Position numbers and translations under genes: made by a program. Below are positions 58,927 to 64,000 of a stretch of DNA of 64,000 bases, one piece after another; position 1 is the stretch's first letter; each line of letters opens with the position of its first letter. The notes beneath the pieces are model-generated. The model had not been told where the DNA came from, did not search any database, and saw only the letters and a list, made by a program, of their open reading frames with translations. The DNA lies in assembly GCA_014905635.1 (NCBI GenBank), contig JABVCE010000002.1, positions 558,001 to 622,000 of the forward strand, written 5' to 3'. This stretch comes from Scenedesmus sp. PABB004 (Eukaryota).

Positions 58927-59297
58927 GCCGCGCCGCCGGTGTCGGCCGCGGGTCGGGGGGCCGGGGAGTTCCGGCAGGGGGGTCGGACTGTTCGGGACCG
59001 CCCGTGCGGCGCGCGTGCTGGTGTGTTGCACCAGTGAAACATCACGGACGCGCGCTAACATCACAGGCGCGCCGCCGCGGCCATCCAAGTACTGCACAGA
59101 GGCGCGCCGCGCGCAGGACGCCCGCAAAAGCCGCCCGCCGCTCCACCCAGCCGCGCACGCGAGCTGCCGTCGGCGCAGGAACACGTTCACACGGCGCCGC
59201 GCTGCGCCTGTTCTCAGCCCCCCACCCCGCCCCGCGCCGCCCCACCCAGTCGGATCCAGCAGCAGCGACGCGAGCCCTGCCGCGCCCGCGCGGGCGC

Positions 59298-60165
59298 TCA
59301 CTCCCACTCGATCGTGCTGGGCGGCTTGCTGGTGATGTCATACACCACGCGGTTCACGCTGCGCACCTGCGCGGCGGCACGCCGGGGCGGCGGCGGGCCG
59401 GGGCGAGGTCGGGCGCGCGCGGGTGTCGGCCACGGCGCGCGGGCCGCGGCGGGCGCGGGCGCGGCGCGGGCACCGCGCGGGCGGCGCGCGGGCGGCGCGC
59501 GCGTCGCGCCTGGTTGCAGATGCGGGCCGACACGGTGCGCAGGAACTCGGCGGAGAAGGGGTACCAGTCGGCGGTCATGCCGTCGCTGCTCGTCACCGCG
59601 CGCAGGCCCACGACATGGCTGTGCGTGCGCTGGTCGCCCTGCGGGCGCGGGCGCGGCGGCGGCGCGCTCGGCCGCCGCGCTGCGCGCGCACGCTCCTGCG
59701 CGCAAACTCCGCAAACTCCGCGCCGCCGCTGCGCCGCGCGGCGCCGCACCTGCACGCCGACCGACTTGATGGGCAGAAAGACTGCAAAGGCCTGCCAGAT
59801 GTCGTCGTAGAGGCCAAACTCCTTGATGGTGCTCACGTAGATCTCGTCAACCAGCTGCAGCACCTGCGGGGGGGATGGCGGCGGCGGCGGCGGGCCGCGC
59901 ATGTGCGCGGCGAGCGCGGGTGAGCGCACGTGCGCGGCGCGGCGCGGCGCGGCGCGGCGCGGCGCGCGGGAGGAGCGGGCGCGCGGCGTGCCCCGTCTCC
60001 CCCGCCGCGCCGCCGCGGCGGGGCGCACCTCGAGGCGGTCGCCCTCGGTCACGTCGCCCAGGATGCGCACGCCCATGCCCGGCCCGGGGAAGGGGTGGCG
60101 CTTGATGAACTGCTCAGGCACGCCCAGCAGCCGCCCGATCGCGCGCACCTGCGCCGACGCGGCGC

Positions 60166-60201
<36 letters not shown>

Positions 60202-62669
60202 TGGGCGCCCCGCGCGCGCCCGCTCCTGCGCGCCACACCGCGCGCTGCGCTGCGCTGCGCTGCGCTGCGCTGCGCTGCGCTGCTGCGGGTGCGGCGGGTG
60301 CGGCGGGTGCGGCGGGTGCGGCGGGTGCGGCGGGTGCGGGTGCGGGTCGGTTGCCGCCACGCGCCTCGTCCTTGAAGAGCTCCCTGAAGGGCTCGATGAG
60401 CTTGAACTGCAGGTCCTTGGGCAGGCCGCCGACGTTGTGGTGTGACTTGATGGTGTGGCTGTGCTTCTGCCCGCTCCCGGGCGGGGGCAGGACTCGATGA
60501 CGTCGGGGTAGAGCGTGCCCTGGGGGGGGGGGGCAGTGAGGGGGGGGGGTGTGGGTGGGTGTGGGTGGGTGGGTGGGTGGGTGAGGGGGGTGTTGTGCAG
60601 TGAGGCCCAGCCGCAGCGGGCCCAGGCGGGCGGGCCGGGCCGGGGGTGGGGCGGGGGCAAAGCGCGTGGGCGTGCGCGCAGGCCCGCCGCCGCGGTGCGC
60701 CGCGTGCGCGCCTGCACGAGGAACGCGGGCTTGTGGCCGAGGGTGGCCTCCATGTTGGCCGCAAAGGCCTTGAAGACCTCGATGAACTGCGCGCCGATGA
60801 TCTTGCGCTTGGCCTCGGGGTCGGCCACGCCGCGCAGCGCGGCGAGCATCGGGCCGCTGTGGTCGACCATCGTGACGGGGAGGTGCAGGTGCTGCGTGAA
60901 CATCTCCATCACGCGCTCGCCCTCCTGCGCGCGCCGCATGCGTGCGCGCAGTATGCGTCAGCGCGCGGTGCAAGTCAGCGCGCGACGCGGGCGCGGCGGC
61001 CCCTGCCCCCCCCCCCCCCAAGCGCGCCTTGTAGCGCAGGAGGCCGTGGTCGACAAACACGCAGTGCAGGCGGTCGCCGAGGACCTTGTGCACGAGCGTG
61101 GCCGCGACGGTGCTGTCCACGCCGCCGGAGAGCGCGCAGATCGCGTGCTGCCCGGGCACCACCTGCGCGACAGCCGCGGCGGCACAGGGGCGGCGGCGGG
61201 CTCGTTCGCGGCCGCGCCGCGCGGCCGCGCCGCCTGGCCCGCGCGCCGCCGCCTGGCACGCGTGCCGCCTGGCACGTGCTGTGCTGCGTGCTGTGTGCTG
61301 TGTGTGCTGTGTGCTGCGGTGTCACCTGCTGCTCGATGAGCTTGACCTGCGTCTCCAGCACCTCGGCCATCGTCCAGTCGGGCGTGAGGCCGGCAATGTC
61401 GAGCAGGAAGTGGCGCAGCGTGTCGGTGCCCTGCTCCGTGTGCGCGACCTCAGGGTGGTACTGCAGCCCAAAGATGCGCCGCTCGGGGTGTTCGATCGCT
61501 ACGACCGCGCCCTGCGCGGCGAGGCCAGGTGCGCGCCGCGCCGCTTCGGCGGCCGGCCGGCCCGGCGGCGGCCGCGCGGCGCCGCGCGGAGCCGCGCGCT
61601 GCGCGTCGCGCCGCGTCGCCGCCGCGCCTGCTCGCTCTTGGCGACGACGTGGAAGCCGTCGGGCAGCTTGGTCGCCTCGTCGCCGTGGCTCATCCAGACG
61701 CTGGGCTTGGTGTTGCTCTGGAAGCTGTACAGGCAGCTGCCCGGCTGGATGAGGATGGGCATGCGCCCGTACTCGCCGCCCACGACGCCCGTGCCGACCT
61801 CGCCGCCGAGCATCTGCGCGCGCGCCGCACCGTCGGGCGCCGCGGGCGGGGTCGGCGCGGCGGCGCGGCGGGTGTGGCGCCGGCGCTGGTGCCCGCCGCG
61901 GCTCATGGCCTCCTGCGCCCCTCGCGCACGCCACTGCCGCTGGCCCCGCGCGCACGCTCGACACTCCACCCACCCACACCGTCTCACACACCCAGCCTCA
62001 CACCCCCACACAGCCACCCACCCACGCATCAACACGCACGCGCGCCGCGGGCTAACCCCGCACCTGCACGATGAGCTGCATGCCGTAGCAGATGCCCAGC
62101 ACCGGGATCTCCTCGTCGCGGCAAAAGTCAAAGAACTCGGCCGGCACGCGCGGCGAGCCCTCAAGGTGCACCGAGTTCGGCCCGCCCGACAGGATGATGA
62201 CCTTGGGCTTCACGCTCTTGATGCGCTCCTGCGAAGCGGGGGCGGCGCGGGCGCCGCGGGCGGCGGCGGTCGCGGGCGTCGGTTGCGGCGGCTGCGCCAG
62301 CGGAGCTGTGGCGGCGCGCGGGCGCCGCGGCGGCCACAGCCGCCGCCGGCGCGCACGCCGGCCCCGCCCCCGCGACGCTGGCAAGCACCGCGGCCGCCCG
62401 CGCGCGCCGCCGGCGGCCCCGGCGCGCCGCGGGGCCGCGGCGGGCGGCCGCCGGCGCCGCTGCTGCGCCGCCGCGCCCGATCGCCGCCGGCGCCGCACCA
62501 TCGAGGCGTCTCCCGGGAACATCATGGAGAACACGCCGATCTCGCGGATGCGGCGGCAGATGAGCTGCGTGTACTGGGAGCCATAGTCGAGCACGAGGAC
62601 GACGGCGTGCTCATCGTGCAGGCTGGTGTGCGCGGCCCCGGCGCCGTTGGCGGTGCCGTTGGCGGTCAT
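59298..62669 (-). CDS. guaA: GMP synthase (glutamine-hydrolysing)
   Basis: Motifs [79 protein letters not shown] and [14 protein letters not shown]. Probable 1-bp error at 60483-60487. Confidence 0.97.
60238..60347. repeat. Intronic compound microsatellite (GCGCT)n followed by (GCGGCGGGT)n
   Basis: Directly visible inside a GMP synthase intron. Confidence 0.9.
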
Positions 62670-63119
62670 GATGGCGGTGCCGGGAGCGGTGCCTCCGACA
62701 CGAGACGGGCGCCGGCCGGCCTGGCGGGCGCGGCGAGATGGCCGACACGGGCGCGCGGGGGCTGCGGCGGGCGCGACGGCACGGCGCAGGCAGCGCATGA
62801 GTGGGCGCGATCGGCCAGGGGCCCAGCGTTTCAAGCCCGCGGGCTGGGTCGCACCGCGCAAAAGTGACAGCCGTGCGCAGCACGCCGCGCCGCACCCGCA
62901 CGCGAGCCGCACCCCGTTGGTGTGACCCCGCCGCCCCCGGCGCACCGCAGCGCACGCCAGCCGGCCAGGCGCGCGGCTGCGCCGGCGCGGCGCGGCGCGA
63001 CGTGGCAGCAGCGGCGGCGGCCGCACAAGAGCGGCGGCGCCGCCAGGCCGGCGGGCCGCGGCCGCAGCGCGTTGGCAGGTGGCTCTGGCCACGAGCGTGT
63101 GGCCGCCAGGGCGACGGCC

Positions 63120-64000
63120 ATGGCAGGCCTCCTCAGCCACGCGGCGGCGCAGCGGGTGCGCGTGGCCCGAGCGCGCCGCGCGCCGCGCGGCGCGCCGTGC
63201 GCGGCCGTGGCACGGGCCGCGCCGCCGCCGCCCAATCCTGCGCTCCGCCGCCGGCGCAGGCAGCGCCCGGGCCCGCGCGCCTCCTGGCCGCGCTCTGGTC
63301 GAGGCGCCTCTATGCAACAAGCGCGGCGCCGCCGCCCGGTGGGGGCGAGGCCAAGTGCGCCGCCGCGCCAGCGGGGCGCGCGGCGCGGACGTGTGCGCGC
63401 ACCGCCGCCGGCCGGGCCACGCCCGCCCACGCCCGCCCGCGCCCGCCCACGCCGGCGCGCAGGCGGGAGCGGAGCCGGCAGCTGTCGGCGCTGGCGCGCT
63501 ACGGCCGCGACCTGACCGCCGAGGCGCGGCGGGGGCTGCTGGACCCGGTCATCGGGCGGCGCGACGTCATCAGCCGCACGCTGCAGGCGCGGCGCGGCGC
63601 ACGCGCGCGGGGCACGCGCGCAGCGCGCGGGCCGGGCCGGCGCGGCGGCGGTCCGACGACTGCGGCGCGGTCGCAGGTGCTGCTGCGGCGCGCCAAGCAC
63701 AACCCGCTGCTCATCGGCGAGGCGGGCGTGGGCAAGACGGCGATCGCCGAGGGCATCGCGCAGCTCATGGCCGCGCCCGAGCCGATGCGGGGGTGAGAGC
63801 TGAGCTGACCTGCACATTGCGCCGCGCCGCGCCACGCTCGGGAGGCCCGCTGCGTGGCCGGGCCACCGACGCGGCGCGCGCCGCCGATGCGGCGCCGTGC
63901 GCAGGCTGGGCGGCAAGCGCCTGATCGCGCTCGACGTCGCGTCGGTCGTCGCGGGCGCGACGTACCGCGGCGAGTTCGAGGAGCGCCTGCAGGTGCGCGC
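63120..64000 (+). CDS. Clp/Hsp100 AAA+ ATPase (ClpB-like), 5' part only
   Basis: [41 protein letters not shown] and [21 protein letters not shown]. Confidence 0.9.

Noticed and set aside
1..64000. tRNA, rRNA or telomeric repeats
   Set aside because: None were recognised by eye. A covariance-model scan would be needed to exclude small ncRNAs.

Overview
This is eukaryotic nuclear DNA with very high GC content and many introns, most consistent with a chlorophyte green alga. That inference rests on plastid genes such as a plant-type VDE and a YGGT protein, and on short GC-rich introns. About 20 genes can be reconstructed by splicing. In order: a glycosyltransferase, GCN2 kinase, subtilisin A, a front-end desaturase, two divergent multi-TM proteins (one with a GAF domain), an intronless GH125, an SMR-like protein, XPC/Rad4, dienelactone hydrolase, long tRNase Z, VDE, a MIOX-like protein, PAC1, subtilisin B, a secreted lectin/Cys-rich/repeat protein, an MBL-fold protein, YLMG, GMP synthase and a partial Clp ATPase. 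Six observations stand out. (1) A near-perfect 1.1-kb inverted duplication brackets subtilisin A, and each arm carries the subtilisin promoter plus the GCN2 promoter and exon 1. (2) A secreted protein with 16 tandem Lys-Arg repeats lies directly beside subtilisin B. (3) The inositol-oxygenase domain has lost most of its di-iron ligands and is fused to a long disordered region rich in phosphosite motifs. (4) GC-AG introns are unusually frequent. (5) There is a candidate SIAMESE-like CDK inhibitor. (6) Three 1-bp homopolymer frameshifts are probably sequencing errors. Exon boundaries and start codons were read by eye and are approximate. Most long ORFs in the six-frame track are artefacts of the GC content.
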